Shown piece by piece: positions 30,792-47,136 of a stretch of DNA of 64,000 nucleotides. A model generated the notes under the pieces. The model was not told the DNA's origin. It saw only the letters and a list, made by a program, of their open reading frames with translations, and made no database searches. A program made the position numbers and the translations under genes. Positions within the stretch are counted from its first letter, which is position 1; each line of letters begins with the position of its first letter. Origin of the DNA: the human T2T-CHM13v2.0 reference genome, Homo sapiens; assembly GCF_009914755.1 (NCBI RefSeq), contig NC_060937.1. One strand, written 5' to 3'.

Positions 30792-31862
30792 TAACTAAAA
30801 TGGCTATAATTTTAGACTTATAGTATCTCAGCTGTCTAAGGAAATATAATTTACCCTCATCAGTTTACAAATGAGAGAAAAAATAGATAAAAATAATTTC
30901 CGTAGAAAAAAGTAGCTTGCTTTCAAAGTCACTTGGAGAGATTAAATTGATGTTATAGATACAGATAAATAGATGATAGACAGATAGACCTATCTTATAA
31001 AATCTACATCTTTTTTATTCTTTTTGTATGTCGTATGAGGATAAACTGAATTATTTCGACTAGTTAAATTTGATTTAAGGGGCAATAAAAATCTACTTAA
31101 TGAATCTACTTGTATTATTTAGAAAATATCCCTCTGATCTAATGCTGTAAGAAAAAATGCAGTTAAGGCGCTGGTTCATTTTGATACATGTCCCTGGTAA
31201 TTCTTTAGAAAAGGATACAAAGAACAGCTAAGTAGCATTACGTATTTTATTTATCTATTAATTTCTATCACTTTGTTTTATTTATATCCATTAATTATGG
31301 TATATTAGAAAATGTCAAAATAAACACTGTAAATATTTCAGTGTATACTTTTTATAAAATTATGCATTTGAGATTTCACAGATGAGAACAATACTATAAA
31401 TCATACAACTTCCATCTTTGATATTGTTCTATTCTGTCAGTCTTAAAGGTGAATAATAATAATACATTCTGTTGATGTTTTCATGCTAAATTACTTTCAG
31501 CATACCCCTAAGTATTTACAAATGTTAAATTATGAAACTATTTTATATTTAAAACTTCTAGGTTTAAAGCATCAATTTTGCTTTAACATAAGCGATTTTC
31601 TTCTATTTTGTCAGAAAGAAAATTTAAGAGAATGATCTGCTTTACAGATTCAAAAATTTTTTCATTGAATTCAAATGAAGCTTCTTCCACAATCTGAAAT
31701 TTGAATTCTTTAATACATTTTACTGTGTTACTTGCAAAACATCCTTGGCTTAAGAAAAAGCTACTGAATGTTTAGTCCGTAAACAAGCAAGTGTATATTT
31801 TGTTTAAATATTTAAAACTAACTTATGTATTAATCATAAAATAAGGACAGAGGTGCAGTTTC

Positions 31863-32175
<313 letters not shown>

Positions 32176-33748
32176 TGCAGTTTCATTACATGCTTGAAAA
32201 AACACTGATCATTTAGTTCAAGAAAATTTACTTTTAAATTGTATTTTTCTTTATGCAATTCAAATAAATGATCCTCTTAAATTTAACAAAAATATTTATG
32301 TATATTCTTAAAATCTACATTAAGAAAACAAGAAATCATTCCTATTTGATTCTGCAGCTATTGAACTGTAAAGTACAAATAACAAACTTATTATTACACT
32401 TGAGTTTGTTTTGGAGAACTACTAAAATGTAGTGGAGTGAAGAGTATTGGTAAGGGAATAATGTGTAACTACCAAATGTAGCATAGAATATTTAGGTTGT
32501 AAATAGAGGAATATAAATGATAGGTTATCATGGTTCTATTCAATTTATTCTTATCTCAAGAAAACTTGGTGTATAATTTCAAACTCTATACATTTACACA
32601 ATTTATTACCTATGGTTTTAGTCCAGAAAACAGACTACATTCTCTTAAATTATGAGAAATTTTGTCCAAGAAGTGTTAAGTATAGAGTACTGGTTTTTTA
32701 CAGTTAGATGAACTAAATAAAGATTTATTTTTATGTGTACTTTGCCTGAGGCTAAAAACTGTGACTGGATGAAACGGTTACTTTCCTAGTGTAAAATTTT
32801 ATTGCTCTGATTAACATTCTTTCTTGTTTTTATTATAAAGGCATAAGATAAGAGAAGGGGCATTTATTATGCACCAAATCTTTTCCAGATACTGTGCTAG
32901 ATAGTTTTATAAAACCTTCTCAATTCTTATTAATAGAAACCATCAATCATTACATAAGTATTGTATGTTCACTTCTATTTATTTTGCTCAATATAATATA
33001 GCTAACAGGAAACATAGTAGCTTCACATATTTACTACTTAACATATATTCTGTCTAATATAACTGAGTATGTTTTGGAAGATATTGATACAATGTAGAAA
33101 AAAATATAAACATTGTAGAAAATAAATCTGAATAGAGTAAATTAATAAAAAGTATAACACCAAATTGTAATGTATTATTACTAAAGAATCATAAATGCAA
33201 TAGGCAAAATATAAAAAGTCCTAAAATCAAGTAGAATCACTGCTATCAACTTTGTCATAAACTTCACACTTTGCTCACAGGAAGTCATTTTTAACACCTG
33301 GCGTTGCTTTTTAAAATTTGTATTGTTTGACAGATCTTTTTGAATAATAGATTCTAGCCCTAGGTATATTCCTACTTTTAATTTAAATATAACGATAAAA
33401 GCATGAAATACTTCTTTGTAGAAAATACTCTGCTGCTTTATTTTAGTTGTACATTATCATCAGAAGAACAAGCCATGACTGGCCTTGCAAAGTCTTCACT
33501 ATAAAGGATCTCATCTAGAGATATGAACTTCACTTTAAGAGAAGAATAGCTCCCACAGAATTGAAAGATATGTGCCCCCTTTGATGTAAGCCAAGAACTT
33601 CTTTTTTTCTTCTTTTTTTAATGAGGACATTAAAAATAGAGACATAGTATGTAATCAGCAGCCCACAAATTTCTACCAAATTTTTACTAATATAGTTAGG
33701 ACAACTCAGAGAAATGCTCTCTCATGAAACACATTAAAGAATGAGACT

Positions 33749-34047
33749 AGGCAGGCACAGTGGTTCATGCCTGTAATCCCAGCACTTTGGGAGCCCAAGG
33801 CGGGCTGATCACTTGTGGTCAGGGCTTCAAAACCAGCCTGGCCTGGCCAACATGATGAAACTCCGTCTCTACTAAAAATACAAAAAGTAGCTGGACATAG
33901 TAGGGCTTGCCTGTAATCCCAGCTCCTCAGGGGGCTGAGGCAGGATAATTGCTTGAACCCATAAGGTGGAGGTTGCAGTGAATGCAGATTGTGCCACTGC
34001 ATTCCAGCCTGGGCGACAGAGCAAGACTCTGTCTAAAAAAAAAAAAC
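33749..34047 (+). mobile_element. Alu (AluSx-like)
   Basis: Dimer; degenerate TSD agaatgagacta/agagtgagacta. Confidence 0.93.
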
Positions 34048-36551
34048 AGAGAGAGAGTGAGACTAACAATAAATACAACTATTGCCATAATCTAAGGGCT
34101 TCCTGAGGTATAATGAGAAAGGCTTGAGCTATTATGAAAATTTAAAGTATTAGGTCACAAAATGTTGGCATTTGAAACATTAGCCACTTTCTATCCAGAA
34201 AGTTCATTACAAAGACATTTCAACACCAGTAAGGGGCTCAGTTCCTATGCCAGTCAGGGAACTCGAAAGGCAGTTCTTTCTTAAAACCATGCTGTCTGTT
34301 CAGTAGCCTGGTTCACCTCTCCCTCAACAGCTCTCCTTAGAAAACTGAGATTTTTGTTTGAGGACCAATTCTAGAATGTACAATAGTGTCTGTTACTTAG
34401 CTTTGTAACACTAAGATTCAGTCCATCCTTTGGTCTTTCATGATCTCATGCCTAATTCTCCAGAGGAAAAAAAGAAAAATTAACAATAAATTTGTTATAT
34501 ATATAATTTGTTGTAAATATATATATAATTCACTATAAATATATATAATTTGATATACATATATATATGCATAACACAGAACCAAGCAAAGAACTGCTCT
34601 TTATGGACACAAAAATATCGCAATTTTGGAACTGCTCATTTGGTGAATGGATGTTCTCTATTACATTGCAGTGAATGCACTGGATAGTAATGTGGCATCC
34701 AGGGAACACATGTGTCAAACGAAAATAGCAACAGCACTATCGATGTGCACATCACAATGGTAATAGCATCCCACTGGCCTTTTAGTGCTGATGAGTGACA
34801 CCAATCTTAGTGGTATGTTCACAGCAATTCTCAACAAAACATGACCACAGTTATCATAGTGGCTTGATGAAACACACACATAAGGGTTGTAATGCACGTT
34901 CACGGTGTTCTATGGGCAGCAAGTACAAGTAGAGCTGAATGTACTGTTTTAGGAATCTGCTTAGGAGATTTTTGGGGAAAGTAGTAGAATGGTCCTGGGT
35001 GTTTTAAAATAGTGAGTAGAAAAAAGAGACTGAGAAATACCATTCACCACCCTTTATGTGAGCTATCCTTCTCTTTTTTTCAACCTATTGTGCTGCTGAA
35101 ACAGGAAAATATGCTATTGGTAGAAATATAAATTTAAGAACACAGAGGTCCTAGTGTGTGCAACTGGACCCTGCCGCATTATAATTAACCCGAGAGAGAG
35201 AGAGAGATGGCTCTCTCCTGCATAATTTCCTGAGGCTGATTCAGTTGATGAGCAAATACACCTTGACTATGAATTTGATTTCTTGAATATAACTAATGAA
35301 TAAAGACTTAGAGGAAAAAGAGTGCCATGTGGTGATGGCTATCTTGGTCATTGCAGCTTGTCTGTGTTCTTCTTGTACAGTATATTAATGTGTGAATTGT
35401 CTTCCTTCCCCCTCCTTCCTTGACATCTAAGAGGAGCTTTTACTTTGCTTGCTTTGAGGTGAGAAAGATGTTCAACATTTTGTGATAAAAAATTATGAGA
35501 CTGAAAAGATGGAGACAGAATCTGAGTTTGGGGAAGTGAGGAGGGTATAGGTGGGGCTAGCTTTATAACAAAGAAGATAAGGGGGAGCCTTTGAGTGAGA
35601 GGAGCTAAGAGAAGCGCTAGCAAGATATGCAAACAAGTTTCAAGACTTTATATGAGAGTGAGGTTTGAAGAGCTAGCTATTAAGGGTTAAATGATTTGGG
35701 AAGGTGGGGAAAAGACCTTCTCAAGTAATTGCTGTAAATTACCAAATTTATAACTTGCTTTTGGTTGCGATGCTAACACTCTCAAAAGACTGATTCTGTT
35801 CAGGCCCGTTCTCTATTTAAATGAGTTACCTGACCATCCAATGTTGCAGCACAGTCTAGGTCCAGGGTCTATAGCTGGGAGAGGGGAGATTTGATGCAAT
35901 TATATTTCCAACTACTGGGAAAAGGAGAGAATTTTGCATATTTTAAGTGTGAAATTTTTCTGAATAAAAATATTTAAACAAAATTTAAAATATAATTTCA
36001 AAAAGACCATAAATCTTCATGCTGGTCATCCTTGTACTCTAAATTTCCATGTGCTGCTCTATGAGTCAGAGGAACAACAGCGACCATTAGGCAGGGCTAG
36101 ACTCAATACAGTTGGGGCATGACTAGGGCGAATGTCTAGGCAAGGGGCTTCAGCTCTGAGGAACCAAACGGTAGTCCTGGGGTCAAGTTGCTCAGTCTCC
36201 TACAGGTGTGGGAGATGTGGCGGACACAAGGGCAATCCATGGAATCCCCATTTGCATAATAATAGATGACTGGCTGATCTCACCCCTCACCCTGGCTTCT
36301 ATGTTTTTTGTTCCCAGATGGAAGAATTGTCTGAAGAGGATGAGTGATCACCTTCCAGGTGGAGGTAAGAACGCCAGAGCCAGTCCCCTAGAGAAGGGAC
36401 TCATTAGCCTGATCACAGCCTACACAAGATCAAGTGAAACCACATGTCCACACACAACTCCTCCATAGATAGAGCATACTGCTAACATCACCACAATACA
36501 GAGAGAAGTGTGGTCACAACATGGGAAGGCCAAGCAGCCAACTTCATTTAA

Positions 36552-36726
36552 ACATTTTTAATTGACAAATGAAAACTGTATATAGTTATACAATTGTACA
36601 ACATGATGTTTTGAAATATGTGACATGTGCATAATTTCACATACCTTGTTTGTGGTGAGAACACTTATTTACTTTGTTAGCAATTTTGAAGTACACAATA
36701 TATTGCTATTAACTATAGTTTCCACG
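36552..36726 (-). mobile_element. L1MA 3' terminal fragment
   Basis: ttttaattgacaaat...acaacatgatgttttgaaatatg...tgtggtgagaacactta...gctattaactatagt. Confidence 0.75.
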
Positions 36727-36859
36727 ATTACAACCATCTTTTCTATTAACAGTCTTCCTTTCTCAATAGTGATGAGCCCAGAAAGGACCCAATCAGATGC
36801 CAAGGAAAACCTAAAGCACAAAAGGAAAAAAAATGGCCATACTAGAAATTGAATCTCAG

Positions 36860-38600
36860 AGGAAATATGAAAATACACAAATGCAAAGTTCTATATACAA
36901 GTATCCCCAGAGATAATCCATGTTTAAGAAGAGGAGTTAGCGAATAAGAAATAAGACTTGTAAATAGATACCATATTTACTCTAATTAATAATTATTATT
37001 AAATAATAATTAATAATATTATTGTTATTATTGTTATTATTATTAAATAGAATAATGTAGAGACAGAATTGAAATATAGATATCATGGAATGATAGGCAA
37101 AAATATAAAGTATGTTAGAATACTATAAAACACAAAGGATCAATACAGAAGATTAATTTACATTTAAAATGCATTTCAAATAGAGGTGGCGCACATCAAC
37201 ACATTAATTCACACCCTTTCGTTTTCATTTTTTCAGGGAAGGGGTCTCATTATGTTGCCCAGGCTGGACTCAGTGACTCAAATGTCTGTGCTCAAGGGAT
37301 CCTCCTGCCTCAGCATCTCAAGTAGCTATGACTACAGGTGCATGTCACCCATCCAGCTCAATCACACATCAGACCGCTAAAAATAAGGATACTAGTCTCA
37401 AAGCTAAATTTTATTGTTGTCAAAATTTTCAACATCAGTACTAAAAACCTAGAGGAATATAGATGAGCATTTAAAAAATTCTGTCCAGCTAATTCTCTCC
37501 AGTGTTCATTTAAATATCATGCAAAAAAGCTAGTTTTATAAAAGTAAAATCTGCATTCACGGTGGGGGGGAATGCAAGCTTAATGGGAAAAAAAACCCAA
37601 AATGAAGGAAATTATGTGCTACGAGATTGAAGAAACAATGGATCTCACCCAGCAGGGCTTTGAAAATAAATGTTGAGATCACATTTTACAACAGACTGGT
37701 ACAATCAATCTAATAATCAATGGTTAATAATTAGCAGAATTAAGAGATTTTATGACATAAGAGATGTAGTAAAGAAAGATTTACACTTTTTGATTGACAA
37801 TAGAAATGAAAAATTTTAGAAAAAAATATAGTCATGTAACTTATGGTCCAAATATGAATTAAACTAGAAGGTAACGTGACTTTATTCAGTTAATGTAGTA
37901 TTCAAAAAGTGATTCCAATTAGTCTTGGGTGTTGGACCAACTTCCTTCAAAGGAGTAAGTTTTAGAGAAAGTAGATTTCATATCCCATACAAATTCAATA
38001 ATATTCCTGTTTAAAAGGTTATATTTACATCACTGTATTATAATAGAAAGTGTTTATGACATTTTATTTTTCAGAGTCAACCAAAAACAGCATGAAATAA
38101 TTATAGCTATATAAAGAAAGGTAAATGTTATAAATGTTGACATGGTAAAAGAAACAATGTAGTTGTCAAACTGAGAGGAAGAGGGAAGGAAATGTACAGA
38201 GAAATAGTTGTACACGTTTTAGAATTTCATCTAATGAGCAAAGATATATTATCTAAATCTGGTGGATCAAGATTACATTTGAACATAGTATTCAGATTTA
38301 TAAGAGTGAAAAAAGTAAATAAAAAACAAAGATAAATCTAAAAAAAAAAAAGAAGGGAATGGGAAGGTAGAAAGACAAGATTGTGTAAATTACACACCTA
38401 TCTTCTCTCTCACAGCAGAAAGTAAAACAATAGGGTTTATGTTGATAAATAGAATACATAAATGATAAATGTATACAAACATACTACTTACAATTACAGA
38501 GGTGACCATTAGAAGAAGTGAGAATAGAAACTGTCAAATCCAAGGAATAGAATAGGAGATTAAGAGAGGCTTTTTCAGTATTTTTTAATGCTTATATCAA
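36860..38600 (+). mobile_element. HAL1/old L1 ORF1-like fragments
   Basis: A-rich decayed tracts (gaggatc-like, aaattttcaacatcagtactaaaaacctagagg); weak recognition. Confidence 0.4.
37221..37358 (-). mobile_element. Free Alu monomer (FLAM-like)
   Basis: ggggtctcattatgttgcccaggctgg...ctcaagggatcctcctgcctcagc, single arm only. Confidence 0.8.
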
Positions 38601-39842
38601 TTGCGGAACTTACAAATGAAAACGGGGAAGACAAGTATGAATCTAATCATAGATACATAAGTAACTAAAATGAATAAATACTATATTGATACTTTAAGTG
38701 AATTTAGGTACTCTATCCTTTAAGCAATGAAATCTATTTTATGCATAGTGAACAGTCATTTTTAAAAACCTATAATGTTATTTTGTCATTGATAACTAAA
38801 TCACCAGCTAATCACTAGCTACTGAAAGTTGCCATATAGGGTTAAATGGAAAATTGCATACTTCTTTAGACTAGAATTACATTTGTGAAAATACAGAACC
38901 ATGTTGGACAAAGGTCCACAGAAGTGTGCATGGGAGAGTTAAACAGCATTACTGAGATGGCTACAGTCAGCAGGGGTGTTTGATTCTGGGACAAAGCAAT
39001 TATACATGGAATAAATGTTTGCTGTATCTTGGGAAATACTTTCTAGGTATGAGTCAGTCTAGAAGTTGCTTTCTCTCTGACAAAACTAGGTCAGTCTTTA
39101 TAACTCTGCTCCTAGCTTTGGAGCACAAAGATGAAATTGTTCTTTTGCGGTCAAAGGCAGTTGTGACAGGCATAATTTTATCAAATTTGGAACAGAAAAA
39201 CATTCCTCTTTAAATTTCCAGATGGGATGAGATTGTGGAGCAGATAATAGTGGGAAAAAAGTATATAAACAGAACTTCAGAAATTCAGATAATGAAGAAC
39301 CCATATATAGCACCAGATATTCTTATAACTATAGGCAAATAAATTGAGAAATCTTGGTAAAAAATAATTAACTTTGAAAAGGAAGTGATTTCTGATAAGG
39401 ACATTGTTTTGAGACAAATACATGCTTCAAAATTTAGGATTAGGAAACAAAAGAGAAATATAAACATCAGCTGCAAATAGAACTGTGATGTGTCCTTTGA
39501 TCACATTCAGAATTCCCAAGTGAGGCCCAAAGAGTTAACATAAGAATCACATTGCAATTAGACCTGGATATTAATTTTAGGCATAAATGGAAGTTTATAA
39601 ATATATGCATATATATGTGTGTGTGAGAGAGTCTGCCTGTGTATGTATTCTGATACTAAATTATATCTTTTTCATTGCTTAGTGTTGATGCCATCACTCT
39701 TAAGTGATTTCTACATACATATTTGATTTTATGAAAGTGAATTTCAAGTTAGTGAAATATATATGCTTATGGGTATAGAGAGTAAGAAAATAATTTAAAT
39801 TGATATTTTAAGTGGATTCTATATATGAAGGTGTGCAGCAGC

Positions 39843-40611
39843 TTTTTTATTATTATTATACTTTAAGTTCTGGGATACATGTGCAGAACATGAAGGTTTG
39901 TTACACAGGTATTCACGTGCCATGGTGGTTTGCTGCACTCATCAACCCGTCATCTACATTATGTATTTCTCCTAATGCTATCCCTCCCCTAGCCCCCCAC
40001 CCCCTGACATGCCCCGGTGGATGATATTCTCCTCTGTGTACATGTGTTCTCGTTGTTCAACTCCCACTTATCAGTGAGAACATGCGGTGTTTGGTTTTCT
40101 GTTCCTGTGTTAGTTTGCTGAGAATGATGGTTTCCAGCTTCATCCATATCCCTGCAAAGGACATGAACTCATCCTTTTTATGGCTGCAGAGTATTCCATC
40201 GTGTATACATGCCACATTTTCTTTATCCAGTCTATCATTGTGAACAGTGCTGCAATAAACATACATGTACATGTGTTTTTATAGTAGAATGATATATAAT
40301 CATTTGGGTATACACCCAGTAATGGGATTGCTGGGTCAAATGGTATTTCTGGTTCTAGATCCTTGAGGAATTGCCACACTGTCTTCCACAATGGTTGAAC
40401 TAATTTACACTCCCACCAACAGTGTAAAAGCGTTCCTCTTTCTCCACATTCTCTTCAGTATCTGTTGTTTCCTGACTGTTTAATGATCGTCATTCTAACT
40501 GAAGTGAGATGGTATCTTATTGTGGTTTTGATTTGCATTTCTCTAATGACCAGTGATGATGAGCTTTTTTTCATGTTTCCTGTCTGCATCAATGTCTTCT
40601 TTTGAGAAGTG
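39843..40611 (-). mobile_element. 5'-truncated L1PA7/8-like
   Basis: ttatactttaagttctgggatacatgtgcagaac 3' end; ORF2 C-terminus [18 protein letters not shown]; TSD gtgcagcagcttttt at 39833-39847 and 40609-40623. Confidence 0.93.
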
Positions 40612-40635
40612 CAGCAGCTTTTTCAGAATGGTGCC

Positions 40636-41253
40636 TGCGACAGGTAGAATAATATCCTTTAAAGATGTCAACATTTAATCCCCCAAACCTGAGAATATGT
40701 TACCTCAAATAACAAAAGGAATCTTGCACATAAAATTGAGGTGGCATACCTTAAAATAGGCAAAATATTCTGGGTTATCCAGATGGACCTAATGAGGTCC
40801 AATTCAGGCTTTTCCAAGTAGAAGAGGAAGACAGTAGCGTGGGGCAGAGCATGTGAGAGAAGAGACAGGAAAGATTCAAAGCATGAGAGAGATCCAGCCT
40901 TCTGGTGCTGGTTCCGAAGATGGAGCAAAGGGCCATGAGCTGAGAAGGGTGGGCAGCGTCTAAAATTTGAGAGCACACCTCAGCTGACAGTGAACAAGGA
41001 AACAGAGACTTCAGTCCTGTAGTTGCAAGGAACTGAATTCTGCCAAAAATGCAGATAAGAAAACAAAAACAAAAAACAGATTCTCCCCTACAGCTACCAG
41101 AAAGTAACTTTACCTTGCCAGCACCTAAATGTTAGCCCAGTAATACCTGTGCTGGGATTCTGAAATACAGAACTATAAGATAATGAATTTGTGTTATGTT
41201 AAGGTGTTTAAAATTTGTGATAATTTCTTATGACATTAATAGAAAACTAATAA
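40636..41253 (+). mobile_element. MLT1D/E-like MaLR solo LTR
   Basis: aaagatgtc...gaatatgttacc...cagctgacag...gcaaggaactgaattctgcc...aatagaaaactaata. Confidence 0.8.
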
Positions 41254-41289
41254 TCTCCAAACCATTAATTTACTATAATTATATTTCTT

Positions 41290-41510
41290 ATTATTTGCTT
41301 ACTCTAGGCTTATTATGTGAGCAGCACCAGCAAGGGACTTCCATATAAGTTGTACCTTTACAAAATTCTGTGTTTTGATGTTATTATGTCCATTTTACAG
41401 ATAAGAAAACAAATCTAGAGAGGAAAAGTAACTTTCTAAAAGCAACACAACTAGTGAACTCCATGACTAGTACTCAAAAATAGGGCTTGAAATCAGATTG
41501 TTTGAAATCA
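41290..41510 (-). mobile_element. MIR
   Basis: Core ccattttacagataagaaaac...agagagg.aaagtaactt. Confidence 0.7.
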
Positions 41511-42042
41511 CTGTGACATATTTATATATTTATGTGCATGTATGCCCACACACACCTCCATATACCTACTGCATCTCCATAAATGCATTTTAAAATGTCT
41601 AAGTAAATAACATAATGCTTCATGGAACATGGATCAGCTATTTTATTACCTATTTGCATAGAAATTTACCTTGCAATAAATGTTTAAAGAAATGCAAATT
41701 TCCTTGCTTATTCCTTTAAACATATTTGCCCTTAAAAATTAGTAAACATTTTTACTGAGCTTAGAAGATTAAACATTTACTATATAAAATTTAAAGCTAT
41801 CTCAAATTCAAAGTAATTTTAGTATGTAAATATGATAGGTGCATTTGATTATATGTAACATGACTCAAAATTAAATGAAGTTTGACATTCAGTAATAAAC
41901 TGTGAATAAAAGTATTTATGGATCAAAAAGTCATACAAATAACAGAGGGAATTAAACAAACTTCACATGCACATACACTCAGTTTGGATCTTAAACAAAT
42001 GTTGCATTAATATTTGTTACCTAATTTTTTTAAGTTTATATT

Positions 42043-42424
42043 TGATATGGTTAGGCTTTGTGACCCCACCCAAATCTTATCTTGAATTATAATCCCCGAA
42101 ATCTTCAGGAGTTGAGGAAGGAGCCTGTTGGGAGATAACTGGATCATGGGGATGGTTTCCCTCATGCTGTTCTCATGACAGTGAGTTATCACAAGATCTG
42201 ATGGTTTTATAAGTGTTTGGCAAGTTCTTCCTTCACTACTTTTCTCTCTCCTGCCACCATGTGAGAAGGTGTAAGCTTGCTTCCCCTTTGCCTTGTGCCG
42301 TGATTGTGAGTTTCCTGAGGCCTCCTCACCCAAGTGGAACTATGAGTCAATTAAAACTCTTTATTTTATAAATTACCCAGTCTTGGGCAGTATTTTTATA
42401 GCAGTGTGAGAATGGACCAATACA
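42043..42424 (+). mobile_element. THE1D-like MaLR solo LTR
   Basis: tgatatggttaggctttgtg...gtgtgagaatggaccaataca; near-TSD atatt/gtatt. Confidence 0.9.
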
Positions 42425-42679
42425 GTATTCCTATTATACAGCATCACTTCCATCATTCCCCACTTCCCCTCAAAGGAAACTATGGTATGACTTATGCTAG
42501 CAGGACTGTCCATGTAGTGAAGTCTTGAGAACCAGATTGGAAGCAAACACTTACTTCTTGATGTGGAGTGAAACATCATAGTGCAGGAGTGAACTGTGTC
42601 CTTCTGTGGGAACAGAGATGACTTCCAAACATGAGGACATAGGTTAGGAAGATGTAGTAAATAATTATTTTTTTAAAAG

Positions 42680-43600
<921 letters not shown>

Positions 43601-43920
43601 TTGAAATTTACTGTGTTTGGAAACAGACACTTAAAAGATATCCATAGTACTGGCTTTAAAGCAAAATTCCTACCTAAGGCAGAGTGACGCACTGCAAAGG
43701 GAGAATGTTAATAAGTGCTACTGTCTCCACCTGCAGTAAGAAGAAATCTGAGATGGTCCCCATGACTTCCATCCACAGCACACATACCCTATATAATTCC
43801 CTCCTCTTCAGTGTGGCTGAGACCATTGAGTATGATGGGATATCACTTCCATAATAGGTTGCTAACCACTTAACTTTGAGGGTGGCCCTGACATAACCAT
43901 GTGAGATATTCAGAACACAG

Positions 43921-44284
43921 TGATATGGTTTGGCTCTGGGTCCCCACCCAAATCTCTTGAATTGTAATCCCCATGTTGAGGGAAGGACCTGGTAGGAGGT
44001 AATTGGATCATGCGGGCAGTTTTTCTCATGCTGTTTTTCTGATAGGGAGCAAGTTCTAATGAGATCTGATGGTGACATCAAGGAAGTGGTGACACTTCCT
44101 TGCTTACACTCTCTCCTGCAGCCATGTGACACACGCCTTGCTCCCCGTTTGCCTTCCGCTATGATTGTTTCCTGAGGCCTTCCCAGCTAGGCAGGACTCT
44201 GAGTCCATTAAACCTCCTTTCTTTATAAACTATCATATTTCAGGTAGTATGAATACTACAGCAGTGTGAGAATGGGCTAATACA
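43921..44284 (+). mobile_element. THE1D-like solo LTR nested in the MLT1 5' LTR
   Basis: tgatatggtttggctctgggtccccacccaaatctc...gagaatgggctaataca. Confidence 0.88.
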
Positions 44285-45769
44285 GACGGTGAAGTATCAT
44301 CGAGATTCTTTCTGGCAGGCCTAAACCAAATAGCCATGTACTTTGTAAACTGTCTACACTGGAGGCCACATGACTATGACCTGGAGGAAGCATCTAGAAG
44401 CCTCTGAGGGGACCGCTGGCCAAAACTCATCAAGAAAATAGGGATCTTAGTCCTACAAACACAAGACACTGAATTCTGCCAACCATCTAAATGAAATCAG
44501 ATGAGAACTCTGATCTCCAGATGAGAAAAGAGCCTCAGCTGACCCTTTAATTTCAATTTTATGAGGTCCTAGAAAGACAACCCAATTATGCTACCCCTGG
44601 ACTTTCTGATCTACAGAAGCCATGAGATAATAATTTTGTGTTATTTTAAACTGTTACATTTTCAGTAATTCATTATAACATCAAAAGAACACCAATGTGT
44701 GTTTTGGTACTTAGAAGTGGAGTGGTGTTGATACCAAAATTTGGGATCACTTAAAATTTGGGAACAGCTTTTAAATCGGGCAGTGAGTGACGGCTGCAAT
44801 AATTTTGAGTAGCATACTAAGATAAAATCTAAATTGTCTTGAACAAACTGCTAATAGAAATTAGGATTTTAAGGATGATGCTTACGAGAGCTAAAAGCAG
44901 AATCTGCAACCCAAAGGAAAGGACGTCCTTCTCATACAGTGGCAGAAGCCCTGGTGAAACTATACGATGTTGATAGCAGAATTTTGAAGTGATGAACTTA
45001 GGTAGGGACATTTCCAATCATAGTGTTAAGGGTGCTGCCTGGTTTCCTCTTGCTACTTATAATAAAATCATGAAGAGAGAGAGAAATTGAGGGAAGAAAT
45101 GTTAAACAAAGAGGGACAAGGAATAGATGATTTTGAAATTTTCAAGCTTTCTGGAGGGTGAAAGATTCTAAAATTCTCATATGGCTGCCAGAAACTTGGC
45201 ATGGAGAAGAAGCTGTTGTGTCACTGTATGACCTTTGCTAAAACATCAAACAAATCAAAGGTCAAAACAATCAATAACACAAAGGGTCTTTGCAAGGTAC
45301 TAAGGATATCCCTCACAGATCCTCTCAAACAAACAAGTGGCCCTTTATGAGACTTTAGTGTATTGTCCCTCAGTCATCTCAGTGGAAGCCAAAGATGGAG
45401 AATAAATTATCTCAAAAATCTTATGGGATATGCCTTTGACTACTGAAGTGAAACCAGTGAAATTCACACAAGATCTACAAAGTTTTTGAGAACATTGTTT
45501 TAGCAGAAATAATCTTGGCTTAGACTGAAAATACTAAGAGAAGATGAAGTTAAAGTAGGCTCTTGGATCCCCAAATTCTAACAACAGAAGGCTAATGAAA
45601 CTCTTCAGCAGCAAACACATGCTGCTTCTTTAATAAAGAAAGGAAGAATGGAGCCAAGAGCCTAGAGAACGAAGTCAAAAGCTATGGGTGATTACTCCCA
45701 GTCCTTGAAACCTAATAAAAAATTCTAAAGCTGTTTTCCTGTGTGGATTTCAGAACTAGTTTGGACTAA

Positions 45770-46284
<515 letters not shown>

Positions 46285-46532
46285 TAGGTTCACATGTCCA
46301 CAGGTAGGGAGGAATTGTGCCCAAGAACTGTATTTAATGAATTACACACAGTAGCCTCATTCACACCTACTTTAGATAATGAGAAATTTAGACTTTCAGC
46401 TGATAATATAATAGAATGAGACTCTTTGTAATGCTTGGAGAGGGTGAATAACATTTGCTTGTGTGAGGGATATGAATTATCAGGGTCCAGGAAGTAGACT
46501 GTGGCAGGCAGAATACTAAGATGACTCTTCCC

Positions 46533-47136
<604 letters not shown>

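Noticed and set aside
36980-37050. Quasi-palindromic TAA/TTA tract as a PATRR-like cruciform
   Set aside because: Short, low-complexity and imperfect.
43674-44132. 152-aa minus-strand ORF
   Set aside because: Runs across the THE1/MLT1 junction; chance frame in LTR sequence with no recognisable domain.
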